This document shows, in pieces, positions 12,835 through 26,477 of a DNA stretch of 64,000 bases (position 1 is its first letter; each line of letters opens with the position of its first letter). The stretch spans positions 6,134,792-6,198,791 of the forward strand of contig MU058384.1 in the NCBI GenBank assembly GCA_013265495.1, in the 5' to 3' direction. Position numbers and translations under genes: made by a program. Source of the DNA: Vicugna vicugna. Taxonomy: Eukaryota. Under the pieces are notes generated by a model, which searched no databases, was not told the origin of the DNA, and worked only from the letters and a program-made list of their open reading frames with translations.

Positions 12835-15250
12835 TTTACATTCCTAAAATAAATTCCACTTGGTCATTATGCATTATCCTTTCAGATGTTTCTGGATTCA
12901 ATTTGATAATATTTTGTTTCTTATAACACGCTCACTGTTTTTTCATACAATTTTTAAAGGTTACACTCCATTTACAGTTATTACAAAATACTGGTTATAT
13001 TTCCTGTGTTGTACAATACATCCTTGTAACCTGTCTTATACTCGATAGTTGATACTTCCCTCACCCCTATATTGCTGCTCCCCTCCTCCTCCCCACTAGT
13101 AACCACTACTTTGTTCTCGCTATTGGTGAGTCTGTTTCTTTTTTGTTATATTCACTAGTTTGCTGTATTTTTTTTAGATTCCACATATAAATGATATCAC
13201 ATAGTGTTTGTCTTTCTCTGTCTGATTTATTTCACTTAGCATAATACCCTCCAAGTTCATCCATGTTCTTGCAAATGGTAAAATGCCATTCCTTTTTATA
13301 GCTGAGTAGTATTCCTGTGTGTGTGTGTGTGTGTGTGTATACCCCACATCTTTTCTTATTGGATTTTAATATCAGAGTTATGCTGACATCATAGGCTGAA
13401 TCAGGAAGGATTTCTTTCTACTCTATCTTCCAAAAGAGTTTTGTATAACATTGGTATTATTCCTCAAATCCTTTATAGAGCTAACCAAAGAATCCACCTG
13501 ATTGTAGAGTTTTCCTTGTGGAAAAGTTTTTGATTATGAATTCTGTTTTTAAAAAGTAATCGCAGATTTTCTATATCTTCTTGTGTCAAGTATACCAAAT
13601 TTTGTCTTTCAAGGAATTTGTTCATTGCATCTAAGTGGTAGCATTTATTAGCATAAGATCATTCGTAATATTCTCATTGACTTTTTAAAAAAATATTTTA
13701 TTAGTGTGAATGTCTTGTTTTTAATTTATTTATTTTCATATAAACTATAGCTTCAGATGCCATTGCCAAAAATTATTTAGAGAGCCCCTATATGCTTTAT
13801 CCAGTTCCCCAGTAGTAAGATCTTGCAAAACTGTAAAACAGTATCACCAGTCAGAATACTGATATTGACAAAGTCAAGATACAGAACTTTTCACCCCACA
13901 AGGATCCCTCACGTTGCTTCTTTATAGACACATCTTCTACTTCTCGCCATTTAAACTCTGTCAACCACTAAACTGGTTCTTCATTTCTATAATTTTGTCA
14001 TTTCAAGAATGTTCTATAAAGGCAACCATGCCTATGCAACCTTTTAGGGTTGATTTCTTTCACTGTATTTTTTATTTCAAAATTTCCATTGGATTCTTCT
14101 TTATATTTTCTGTTTCTCTGTTGAGACTTCCAATCTTTTTTTGCTGATACTTCGTTTGCTTCAAGCATGTTTGTAACATGCTTGAGAGATGGAGCGGGCA
14201 CCTTATTCCTGCTTTTTAGGGACGGAAGTCCCTGCTCCTCCATGTGGTCTCCAGGGACATGGCTGGAAGGGGAGGTTTTGTTGCTGCTCATCAGGCATCA
14301 GAGCCCCAGCCCCCTACTCAGCTGCTGACACCACCACCCCAGTCGGGGCATCAGGGCTCCTTGTTACAGCCCGAGAAGGGTGGGAAGCAGAGGTTCGCCA
14401 CTCAGCCTTGGCTGTCATGTGGGGAGCTGGGGCCACAGTTTGTGTGTGTGTCTGTGTGTCTGTTTGTCTGTGTGTCTCTGTGTGGGGTTTAGAGACAGTG
14501 GAGCAGTTGGTTTTTGGTGCGAGGCTACCCTTTCCTGGGCCTTTGACTAGGGAGAGCAGGCTGTGTTGGAGCTATTTTTGGGTGTCTGTTCATTGGCATT
14601 CCTGGATTCTCCAGCACCCAGTCTGGGGACTATATGGGAAAAAGAAAATCAACTAACTCATCAACATGTCATTCTTCTGCTCCCAAGGTCTCCAACTGAT
14701 CTGCCTTCTTGTTTCAGATCTTCTTATGTTTGTTTCATATATAATTTCCCTGGCTTTAGTTCTACTTAGTGGGAAAAATAGGAAAGCATACATCTACTCC
14801 ATCTGCCTGGAAGTGGAAGTCCTATTATTTTTTAGTTTTATAGAATCTGTAGACATGTTTGTTCTTTCATTCCTGATATAGGTAACTTCTTTTTAGGAAT
14901 TTATTAATTTTTCATTTCTCAAACAACATTTCTTTTGATTTTATTGATTTTTTCTATTGCTTGTTTTCTATTGATTTCTGCTCTTAGTTTTGTTATCTCT
15001 TTTTTTCCTAGTAACTTCAGGTTTAATTTGCTCTCTTTCCTAGGTTGTTAAGGTTAAAGCTTAGATAGTTGATTTTGAACTTTTTGTCTTTGTTCATATA
15101 AGCATGTAATAAAAACACTGCTTTATGGACAGCTCATAAATTTTGATATGTTATACTTTCATTATTCAGTTTAAAATATTTCCTCATTTTCCTTATTTTT
15201 TTTTCTTTAGGTTATTTTATAAGAGTGTTGTTTTATTGGCAAATATTTGG
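12835..15250 (-). mobile_element. Nested LINE-1 patchwork: old L1M ORF2 pieces interrupted by a younger L1 3' end (~12945-13355) and L1MC/MD-like segments
   Basis: T-rich antisense L1 motifs. 12945-13355 is the reverse complement of the same L1 3'UTR type as 8588-9422. Confidence 0.75.
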
Positions 15251-16179
15251 GAGGAGGACTTTAGTTCATTATTTTCCACTCACAGAGAACACGGCTTCTT
15301 CCTAACCCTTGATCAAGAAAGTGAGACCCACAGCACAACTTCCAGAGTTTTCAGAAATTCCTCTTCAGGGATGAAGCAGTGATGAAGTTTGGCTTTGGTA
15401 AACCTCTCATGTCCCATTCTCTACCATTTCCATTTTGCCACTCATATCATATCGTCTGGTTACTGCCTTGGTTTTCTGATCAGCTTGCTGTATGGCTCTG
15501 TTAATGAGCAAACTAAAGGCATTCTAGGATATCTTTGTTGTTTTAAAGGGACCAGATGACATAGATTCATGACTTAGACATGCACATTTCATTTGTGTTA
15601 CCAAATTTAACAGCATAAAGTTGTCCTTGACATTTCTTCACTACCCTTCAGACAGATTCCCTTGCCTCCTCAATAAACTTCACCTCTCTGAACACTTAGG
15701 AGTGAATTTCTTCACAGCTATATGCCTCCTTCTTTAAATTTACTATAGGGCAAGATCTAAAAACATAGATCAGAGTAATAAATCTGGCATACAATAATAG
15801 AAATCCCTTTGTGAAAGTGTACTAACCAGAGTATACATAACCATAGTAAATTATAGAAAAAATACAGTGATTTTATTAAACATAAGCTCAAAATGATTTG
15901 TTCTAAAAATGTAGGGCTACTTATTACTCTTAATCTAGTAATCCAGATTTGGTAGCTTGTTTTCTCTGAATTCTAGTATTTCTGAAGAACTCATCATCAC
16001 ATGAAATATAGTCTTCACCAATATCTAATTGGTGGATCTTATTGATTAAAGATTAGGAAATACTATCATACAATGATAATAATAGTTTGCATTTACCTCA
16101 TTTCTTTCGATATTTGCAACAATTTTCTGGATACTGATTTAAAAGGCATTAGTCTCCCAATTTATAGATAATAGAAGAG

Positions 16180-17975
16180 TAATAAGGGAACACTCTTATC
16201 TGCAAGGTCTGTAGAGATATATCCTCTTTAATTCTTGGTGTTGGGAATTTGTGTCTTTTTTTCTTCTTTCTCAGTTTAGTGAGGTTTATCAGTTGACCAT
16301 CAAAATGGCAATGGGCACATGAAAATAGATTCAATATCATTAACCATTAGAGAAATACAAATTAAAACCACAATGAAATACCATTACATATCTGTTAGAA
16401 TGACTAAAATAAGAAATAATGGGCAATATCAAACTCTGTTGAACTATCTTTGAGATAAGCGGAAAAAGGATGATTATTCAAGAAATAATACTGGAATGAT
16501 TGCTGCAGGGAAGAAAGCCCTAGTTCTCTCCCTCTCTCTCTCTCTCTCACATACACACACACACACACACAAACACACATTCACAAACACAAAACTGCAA
16601 GTGTATTAAATATCTAACATGAAAACAAAAAAATAAAACTTACAGAAAAAATGCAGAGATACACAAGAATGTGTTTACAATTTTAGAATGTAAATGTTTT
16701 CTAAACAAAATACAGTAAACATAAATTATAACAAAATGATAAAAAGTAACTGTATCAAAACTTAAACTTTCTGTGTTATACAAGACCCTATAAAAGAGAA
16801 AAATGCAAGTCAGAAAAAGGTGAAAGATAGTTTCCAATGTATGTATACAACAAAGAATTTGTATAAAGAACTCATAAATAGCTTTTAAAAATCAAATAAT
16901 AAAGAACAATCTGATAAATACAAAATGAACATAAATGAACATAAATATGAAAAAGTAAGTTGAAATAAGAAGGATATAAATGACTAATAAACAGATGAAA
17001 AGACACTGGAAAACTAGAATATGTGAAGGAAAATCAGAAAGATATGCAATTGCATAATCATTGGATTGGGGAAAAACTTTGATACTTATTGTCATAGACT
17101 ATGTAGAGCAACATTAAACTACACTTCTGGTTGAAGTGTGACTTGTGAAGACCATTTTGTAGAGATTTGGTAAAATACATATACCTTAGGACTCAGAAAG
17201 TCCATGTATACCTATATCTCCAGAGAAATCCTTACTCATGTATATAAAGAAAATATGCAAACTCATTCAAAACAGCCATGCTTATATTAAAAGTAAATGA
17301 GATACACCTTAATGTTGAACAACTCAAGAATGAATAAAAATTGTGAAATATATATATTTAATGGCCTATAATATAGCAGTGAAAATGAATTAAATGAATG
17401 AATGAACTTCACAAATACAATGTTGAGTGAGAATAAGAAGTTGCTGAGGAATACATACAGCATGATCCTGCTTCTGTAAAGCATAAACAGATGCAAAGCA
17501 AAAGCATGTATTACTTAGGGATATGTGTGTGTGTGTGTGCATATCATATAGGTGCACATATTCTAGCCAGTAAAAGTGTAGAGAAGTGGTTGGAAATTAT
17601 AAACTGCAAGATGAGGGTAGCAATTATCTTTGAGAAAAAGGAAAATTCAATCAAATAGGTATAATATGAGGCTTCAGTTCTAATGCTAAATTTGTATTCT
17701 TATGCTGCGTAGTGGTCACACATATTTATACTTGTTCGTATGTCTGAAATATTACACAATGTATTTCAGGAAAAAAGTAAAATAATTCACATATTAACAG
17801 ATTAAAAGACAAAATATCAAACCATTACCTCAGAGGCAGGAAAAGCTCTTGCTAGAACCCAATCTTCATTCATTATCAAAACTCTTAGCAAAGAAAGATG
17901 GAGGGCAACTTCCGTAATATGATAAGAGAATATAAAAAACCTAGCAAACATCACACAACTTGGTAAAACATTTAC
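16180..17975. mobile_element. Degraded L1M/L1ME fragments, mostly plus strand
   Basis: attagagaaatacaaattaaaaccacaatgaaataccattaca; aacttcacaaatacaatgttgagtgagaataag. Confidence 0.65.
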
Positions 17976-19500
17976 TGTGTTCACTTTAAATTCACATCAA
18001 GACAGAGTTGCCTACTTTTCAACATTCTCTGGTGGATCAGCTGACCCAACCAGACAAGGACAAGACATAACAACTATGACTGGAAAGGGAGAATCAAATT
18101 GTCTGCTTCAGTTCTTGGTTCTCCAGTTTTGCTCCTCCAGGTGCATGGCTCCATCTGCTCACCTCTCCTTGTCAGCACTGCCCAGGGATTTCCTCTCCTC
18201 CAAGAGCCCAGCTGCCCAGTAGGACAGAGCCTCTCAGCTCTCCGATTCCTTAGAAATTTGCAGCCTAAATTTGTTATTGCCATTCTCATAGGGAAGAAGT
18301 AGCAAAATAAACAAAACATCAAAAAAATTTCAACATCTCCAACTAAAATTCCTATCTCCATTGTCAAATGCTGAAGATTGTGATCACACAGCCCCAATCA
18401 ATATGGCCTCTCTTTGAATACGTCTTTCTAAGTTCAGATGTTCTGTCTTTTCAGGAGAATTGTATCAAAATGGCTTTTCCTGTGTGTCCAGGTTCAGGCA
18501 ATGTCACACTGTGTGGTGTGGATCATTCTGGGGCACTATTTCCCACTGCTTACAGTTCTCATTGACATAAGAGGTGTGAGGGTTTGCTGTATCAGTTATG
18601 CCTTAAATCTGTTTTAAACACAATTGACCAATCGTGTCCTCATATTCCTCTGGGGAAGTCAATCTCTTTTACTCACAAAGTGAAAGAACACGAGAAAGAT
18701 TTTTCTAAGTTAAAAATCTTATTAAACCAATCCTCTTAGTATTAACAAAGAAAAAAAAAGATGATTCATGGGACCATTCATTGCAGTAATAAAATCTCAT
18801 ATTTACAAAGCATTTTACTGCCTTGATTTTTACATTTATTAGTTTGGCATTTCCAAACTCATTTGATCCCAGAATATTAATAATATTAAGTAGAGGTATA
18901 GTAGAAAAATATAAGATAGAAAGTATGCTTAGGTTAAGGTAAGTAGTAAAAAATCATCTTATAGATTAAATAATTTCCCAACTAACCAAAATATAATTTT
19001 TTAAAAACTATACAGAATCAAAAAAAAAAACTGTACAGAATCTTCATGAAATGTAGTTTGGGAAAAATTAGATTATTTAGAAGAATTGTGTGAGACACAC
19101 ACAGCAAGTTCTATGATGTCAATTATGAAAAAGATTATTTTCCTCAGTTATTAATTCTTTCAAATTAGTATACAAAATTATTGTGACGAAATATAATGGG
19201 GAATACAATACAAAATATTGAATTCATCTAACTCTTTATTTTGTTGTTCCCTTCTGGACTTTATCCATACATGTTTGTTTTTCTATGAAAGACATATTAT
19301 CAATTCCTAATTTTTTATTCAGCAAATATTATATCAGAAGCATTTTCCCAATTGCTTTATTCATAATCCCATTTTAATAGTTCTACAGTTTAACAGGATA
19401 TCAATAAGCTAAAACTTAATTATTGCCTTTCCAATTGGTAGGCATTTAGATTATGTTCAGAGAATACACATGTGCAATCAGCTGCTTCCTTTCAATATTT

Positions 19501-19640
19501 TTCTTTCTTTCTTTTTTTTTTTTTTGGTGGGAGAGGTAATCAAGTTCATTTATTTGTTTGTTTATTGGCAGTACTAGGGCTTGAACCCAGGACCTCACGC
19601 ATGATAGGCAAGCATTCTACCATTGAGCTATATCTTCCCC
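19501..19640 (-). mobile_element. tRNA-derived SINE (camelid Vic-1 type)
   Basis: Reverse complement has A box (tagctcaatggtag), B box (gggttcaagcc) and an A-rich tail. Confidence 0.85.
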
Positions 19641-21580
19641 ACCTCCTTTTAGTTTAAAATAACACCAGACAGCAAGCAACATGAGGACAGAGCCAGTGTG
19701 TCACTTTAGGCTAGCCATTGCATTTCCAGCTTGCCCCTAAATCAGGGTATTGGAGTTATTATTTTTTGATTCTCTGAATGAATAACATCTTGCCTTGGAA
19801 CTGTATTGCAAAACTACTTTTCAAAATGACTGCTTTAACTTTTATTAAGACTAGTAAAGTGTGATACTAGTTTCATCAGTCCTCATTAAAATAGGGTTTT
19901 TCGTTGCGTTTAAAATATTTCATTATTTTTATTTTTTTCTTATGTAATATGTAGCAATTTGCATTTTTTTGGTAACAAAATTGAATATACTTTCATGTTT
20001 GCTATTAATAATATTTGCTTTTTCAAATTGTTGGTTCACGTTAGGAAAATGAGGTTCAGGGAAATTGCACTTGAATGGAAATTAGGTATCAAATCACTAA
20101 CTTTCTGACACATTAAAAATGGTTTCTACTATGACACCCCAAATGCAGTTAATTTTTGAAGCAGCAATTTTGATTAACTTAGCTTACAGGGTGTTATATA
20201 TTGAGGTGAGACTCTCTGGATAAAATACTTATGCCTGGACATCTGTAAAAAATATGAATATACTATTCCTAAACCCCAGATTTGTATAGATTTAATTGAG
20301 TTGAACCTGCTGTGATTTTGCTAACATTAGTGATAATTTGTTATCACTGACCATTTGGATTTAATAAATTATTTTTGGAATTTTAAAACATTTTAAAATT
20401 ACTTAAAATATTCTGAAGTTTGGAAGGACTTTATTTACAGGCTAAAAATCCCTTCAACTACTGATATAGTTTGAGTCAACTGCATTTTGCACAGGCCCTT
20501 AACTGTGACTACAGGACATCACAGAATAAGTTCTGAATATTAAATGTAACTTTACAGAAAATAAAACTTTGGAGTCTGGGAGAAAAGACAGCATCTTAGC
20601 TTATGTTTCAAGAGGTTTTCAGGACTTCAGGACCATATCCCTCTGCAGAGAGGTTACAAGAGGCCTAGGATGGAGGTGGGGAGCAAATATTACTTTGCTA
20701 GCCCAGTCAGTTTTCTTTATTGTTGCTGACACATCAGGGGAATAAATATACATTCATTCATTCATTGGGTATTTGCTTTTAAAAACTCAATTTCTAGTAT
20801 TTTTGGACAAAGCTGCATTTATAGGAAGCATATGCAAATCAGGTGTGCTGGAGTTAGGGCACTATAGCCCGGCTTCAGCTGGAGGGATGGCTGAGATGGC
20901 CACTCCGTGGGACCTGGTTAGAAGCACCTTCCTCAGGATGGCTAAGCCCCACCGCCCGTTGGTGACATGCTCTGCAGACAAGGGGAGCTCAGCTTTTAGT
21001 CACCAAAGCTCTCATCCCCACTCCTGGGAAAACTGCTATAAATCAACAGAAAATGATGAAATGATGTCTGTAACGTTAATATTTGAGAGAAAGATTATAG
21101 TTTTTTTTGAGGGGCTCAAAATTTGTACAGATATACACATGCCTACACACACACACACACACACACACCTCTCTATGCAGCAGATATGTATATATGTATA
21201 CTTGTTTTTATATGGCAACATACGTGCTTCCTATTGCTTTACCCAGATCTTTGTACCAATATCACTCTTATCAAGGAGGTAGTTGCAGAAAAGGAGCTTA
21301 TTCTCAGGAGGGAAGCACCACTGTATGAAGGAAACGGCTGCTTTCTGAAGCTTAAATACTTGCTCCTCTGCCCTTTTAGACTTGGAATAATCTTCGTATT
21401 TGTGCACTTTGCACAAATTCTGTGTAAAATGAAATATTCGTATTGAAGGATAACAACTAACATCACAGCTTCTCTACAAGGCATGGTACTTCTAACTTTA
21501 TTTCATGGAATAGTTCTTAGATGAATTGGTATGTTGAGGAATTCTATGTGTGTTAGAGGGACTCCGAACAGTTAAGATGG

Positions 21581-21599
21581 ATCGCCCTCTGGTGTTCCT
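21581..21599 (-). promoter_or_regulatory. Candidate CTCF site (reverse)
   Basis: Minus strand ggaACACCAGAGGGCGAt, with an upstream-module-like ACAATAC shortly 5' of the core. Confidence 0.45.
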
Positions 21600-24544
21600 T
21601 TGAAGTATTGTCAGTCGGAAGACAAAAAACAGGAGTGCATCTTCATTGAAGGGAGGTAAAGCTTTATGGAGTTTTTCCTCCTTTAAATGAACAAATTTTA
21701 AGAATGCTTGGGGGCACTGCTACGGAAGCACCTATAAGGAATTCTTGTGAACTGATGGAAGGAAGCTCTTTATTCATCTCTCATTCCTTAATCTCTGTTG
21801 ATTTTATGTTTCTGCTTTTTGTACCCCTCAGGCTTTAGCCAGTTCTTTTTCCCTCGAAGCTTTTGATCCTGTATCTTTTGGCCTCTGAGAGCAGTGATTC
21901 TAATCAGTTAGTCTGTGAACAAATATTTATTGAGCTCCTACTCTGTGCCAGGTACTGTGTTAATTGCTAAAAAAAAGATAGAGGGGATACTTGAAATGTT
22001 CTTTGCTCTTTTCTCTGGCTTACCAAATTTTCCTGATTATTTAGGGAAACCCAACAACTCACAGGTAAACAGAGGATCAGCTTCCTCTTACTCTTCGGGA
22101 ATTCCAGTCATCCTTAAATTCTTCCCTCATGTTTCTGAGAATCCTCAAAGTTGTCTTAAATGTGCTTGAGAATTATTCTCTAAGGCTCAAGGGTTAGCCA
22201 ACCTTTCTCAGGAAATTGAATACTGGGAGGGTGAGGCATTCACTCACATGGGAATTAAAAACTGGAAGAGGAGGCTGGAAAAGTGGAACGTTGGGGGGCT
22301 GTTTAGAAAAGGTTGGTTGAAGGGGAAGGTTATTACATGGGTAAAGCAGGGAACCAGGAAGCATCATGAGACACTGGACACTTGCAGTATGCATGAGAAC
22401 ATGCAGAAAGTAGGGAGAGGCACTGGAAAATGTGTTATTCAACGCTGTGTGTTATAATTCAGTCTAGAGGTTGGTCTAGAGAGAGGAGGTAGTGATGCTG
22501 CATACCTTAGTGTCTCCCCTGCCCCTCCCCAAGTGACAAAAGGCCAGGGAAGATGAACCAGCAGTATCCTCAGGCCTGGGCTTGGCATTTGAATGTAGTT
22601 GGGAGAGGGCGATCCTAAAGGTAATGACCAGAGCGGGTATCCCAGGGCGATTAGCTAGCATCAGAGGACACAGTCCAGAACTGGATTATAAAACCCAAAC
22701 CGAGAAAATCAAAAGGGGGCTGAGATACGAAACAAAGTGGATCAAGGAATGAAAGAGAAGCTTTGTGAGAAATGCAAATATGGAGGAAATGTATGGGGCC
22801 CAGGTTCCACATCCCCCGTTCTTTACGTTTGTTTTCAGTTTTGTCTACTTTGGCCTCGTTATGGCCAATGCCAAATGACATATTGCAAACAAAGATTATG
22901 TCTCCAGTTCATGTTGATCCAAAGCCTGAAGATCTCCAGAACTTTGGGTTGAATGGTGGAGAAAAGTCTTCTGAAAATTAAGTTGCTTTTTGTCACCTAC
23001 ATATCCCCTTCCTCTTTGTACCTTAGAGGCTGTTACGCAGTACTTTTACAATTCCAGAACCAGGACTTGTCATGTTAACTAATTTGAAATGAAGTGGCCT
23101 CATAATCTATTCTCAGCACGTTCTCTGAAGCCATGTGTTTTCTTCTCTACGGCAGCACATAGCCATTGGAGTTTTGTGAGTGGTTTTCATATCTACATAT
23201 CTCGTTTGTATTAGAGCCCCTTGAAAGCAGACTATGTCTTACTCAATTTTGTATTCTTAGCACCTAGCACAGGGTATGCTGTTACAAAAAAAAAGGTGAT
23301 TTATAAATATTTTGCTGAGAAAATAAATTAATGAATGATAAAACTACATTCTAATAAATGGGAGTGAGTGTAAACCAACTGAGACCAGGTCAACCATTTA
23401 TATTTGGGTTAGCACGTGTTGGGTCTTTTAAGCTTCTGTTTTATATTAGGCCATCAGGAGCTTGAACAAATGAAAAATAAAAACTAAATAAGCATAATAA
23501 AATGTTGCCCATTGCTTAGTACATAAAATGCAACTCAAAAGAGGCCCCTGGCATCCCATGAAATTCCAATCACACAATGAATCTATTTTCACCATAAATC
23601 TCAAGTATGATGTACTTCCAAGGAGAATCAGGGTTTGGTGGTCAGCGCTGGGAATGACGATCAATTCTGATGATTGGTTACCTAGATTAATCTTGGGATG
23701 AAAAAATAAAATAGAAAGTCATAGATCCCACTTCATGTCTTTCTGGGAGACTCATCTCTCTCATCTTTATTAAAAAATAATAACTTTCCTGAAATTTGTA
23801 GACCTCAGGACATCCTTCTGATGGAGCGCAAGTACAAATTGTAATCCAAATTCAAAATTTAAAAAAACTTTTTTCTTCTTTTTTTCCCCCAGCAGAATTG
23901 TTTAAGTAGTTTTTAGCGGCTTGTGTGCATGCTGACCTCTGGGCTGGGTAAACCTGCTGACCCTGCTGATTCTGTGGGGAGAGTTATCTGAGAAGAATCA
24001 ATGCTCATCTTTTGAATGGCAGTGTTTCACTTCCAAAAATGAGTAAGCCTTTTGCTTGTTGGTGATTTATTATGATTTTAAATTGGTTTATTTCTTGGAA
24101 AAAAAAAAGCTGTAATCCTGGGTTCTGAGGACAATATTTTATCTGAGGAATAAAACAGATTCCCATTCAGGTCTTCGACAGTGGTTTTTGTATCATCCAT
24201 AATCTTCTTTGGGGATTATGTGAGGAACCACCCAAGAGTGCTTCTTTTATTGTTATTTTGAAATGGTTGACTCAGTGCCTGAAACCTACTATCCACAAGT
24301 TATAGGAGTACAATAAAATATTCCTGGTAGGATGGCTCCTTGGCCATGGGACTTGCACCTTGATATTACTACAGGAGTCACTGACAGGTAAAAAAATACC
24401 CTAACAAGTGAGATAACTCTTTTGAGAAATAGAACACTAAATATTTTTCTCTGCATACTTTTTCTTAAAAAATTATTTGCTCTACTTTTAAAAGGTATCT
24501 AATTCAATACTTACTAAGATTTGAGTATAAGGATTCACTTAAAA

Positions 24545-25150
24545 TTTTTTTTAAACTTTTTGTAGTTGATTTACATTGTTAGTTTCAGATATATAGCAAG
24601 TGACTCAGTTATACATATACATACCTATGTATTTTTTCTTTTCAGATTCTTTTCCATTATATGTTTTTATAAGAATTGAATATAGTTCTCTGTGCTATAC
24701 AGTAGGTCCTTGATATTTATCTATTTTATATACAGTAATGTGTGTCTGTTAATCCCCAACCTCTAATTTACCCCTCCTCACCTTTTCTCCTTTGGTTTTT
24801 TAATATCAATAAAAAATTACAAACATTTACAAAAGTAGAGTGACTAGTACAATGGAACCTGTCTATAACCCTCAGATTCAACAATTATCAATACTTTGCT
24901 ACGTTTGTTTGACTATGCCTTTTTCTTTCCTTCGTTTTCTTTGATGAACTATTTTAATATTTCAAATCCCACATCACGTTATTTCACCCCCAGATATGTG
25001 TGTATCTCAAAAAGAACACTTCTTAAAAACAGAAATGCCATTATCACATCTAATAAAATTAACAATGGTTCTTGGTATCATATTATCATTTTTATTCATA
25101 ATCCATCTCCCAGATTGTATCCAAACACGTTTTTACTGTTGGTTTGTTAA
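24545..25150 (-). mobile_element. Cetartiodactyl L1 3' tail (~24545-24800) followed by an L1ME-like 3' fragment
   Basis: ttgaatatagttctctgtgctatacagtaggtccttg; then acaaaagtagagtgactagtacaatggaacc. Confidence 0.75.
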
Positions 25151-26117
25151 AGATGCAACATTCAGTGTCCAAACTGTAGCTGAATCTCCACATGGTATCC
25201 ATTGATTAAGAATGTAATGACACGTCATCTGTGTGAACTTGGTAATACTTTTAAATAGGATTACACTTTACTGGTCTCCATATCATCTACATAGATTTGG
25301 AAAACGATAGTGCATATAAGATAGTTTTCAGGCTGCAGACAGTGCTGGATGACCATGTGTTTTTGCAGCATTTGTAATGATTTTGTACTCCCATCTCAGG
25401 CTGTGAGTCCGTGATCTTGACTGTGTTTATTAAATAGTTAGAGACAATTCTAACTTAGACCAGGATTTTTAATTTTATTTTTGTATTTATTTGTGTTTCA
25501 TTTTATTTTTAGTTTTATTATCAACTAACTGACCTCTGTTATTGGAATTTAACTGTAATCCTGGGTTATTATTCTAGTGGTTTTCTAAGCTTTTGAGTCA
25601 TGGACACTTAACAGATGAGATCATTTTAGATCCTTTAGGCAGCCTAAAAATCTGAGCTTCCTTGGTTCTACTCTATACTATCTTTACAGTATTTCTTACT
25701 TACTAATATATTTCTAAATATAAATTTTGTATTGTTTGTTATTTTTAATTAAAATAATATAAGTTAAATTCAAAAAATCATAATCTCAAAAAAGTGAAAC
25801 ATAGTCATTGAAAAATTTTAAACCATAGAAAAATGAAAGAAAAAAACAATCTTTTATGATCTTGTGACCTAGAGAGAACCTCTGGTAATATTTTGATATG
25901 CAGTCTCCAGTTTTCCATAACTATGAAAATGTGGCTAATTCTGCATATACAACTTAGCATTCTACTTTTCCACTCAACATTGTGTTGTGAGAAATTTCTT
26001 GTTTCATTACGCTTATACATGTGATTCTTACAGGCTCCGTAATACAGCATGATATGGATGCATCATAATTCACTTAAATAATGTCTTCGCTGAGTCTGTA
26101 TATTATACTAATATGTA

Positions 26118-26477
26118 CAGTTGACCCTTGAACAACATGGGTTTGCCCTGCGCAGGTCCACTTATACGTGGATTTTTTTTTAATAGTAAATACTACAGGG
26201 TGGGGAAGGTATAGCTCAGTGATAGAGTGCATGCTTAGCACACACAGGGTCCTGCATTCAATCCCCAGTACCTCCTCTAAAAATAAATGAGTAAACCTAA
26301 AAACTGTCCCCCTCCCAAAATTAAAAAAAAAAAACTACAGTACTACGTGATCCCCAGTTGGTTAAATTCATGGATGCAGAACTGTGGGCATGAATGGCCA
26401 ACTGTAAGGTTATAGGCAGATTTTTGACTGCGTGGCTATCAGGGACCCTAACCCCCATGTTGTTCAAGGGTCAACTG
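26118..26477. mobile_element. MER8-like Tigger (Tc1/mariner) non-autonomous DNA transposon, interrupted by a SINE
   Basis: Perfect 24-bp TIRs cagttgacccttgaacaacatggg (26118-26141 and 26454-26477), flanked by TA on both sides. Confidence 0.92.
26199..26333 (+). mobile_element. tRNA-derived SINE (Vic-1 type) inserted into MER8
   Basis: ggggaaggtatagctcagtgatagagtgcatgcttagca...ttcaatccccagtacc plus A tail. TSD actacag at 26192-26198 and 26334-26340. Confidence 0.9.

Noticed and set aside
14189..14656. 155-aa ORF in a GC-richer patch
   Set aside because: Sits inside the nested L1 patchwork and includes a TG repeat. No protein similarity recognised.
20773..21484. Longest ORF (169 aa) and its overlapping ORFs
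   Set aside because: Non-ATG start, runs through a (CA)n microsatellite, no recognisable protein family or exon structure.
26199..26280. tRNA gene-like sequences (also at ~19570, ~55880 and ~58920)
   Set aside because: They have A-rich tails, mostly clear TSDs, and no intact cloverleaf, so they are SINE heads rather than tRNA genes.
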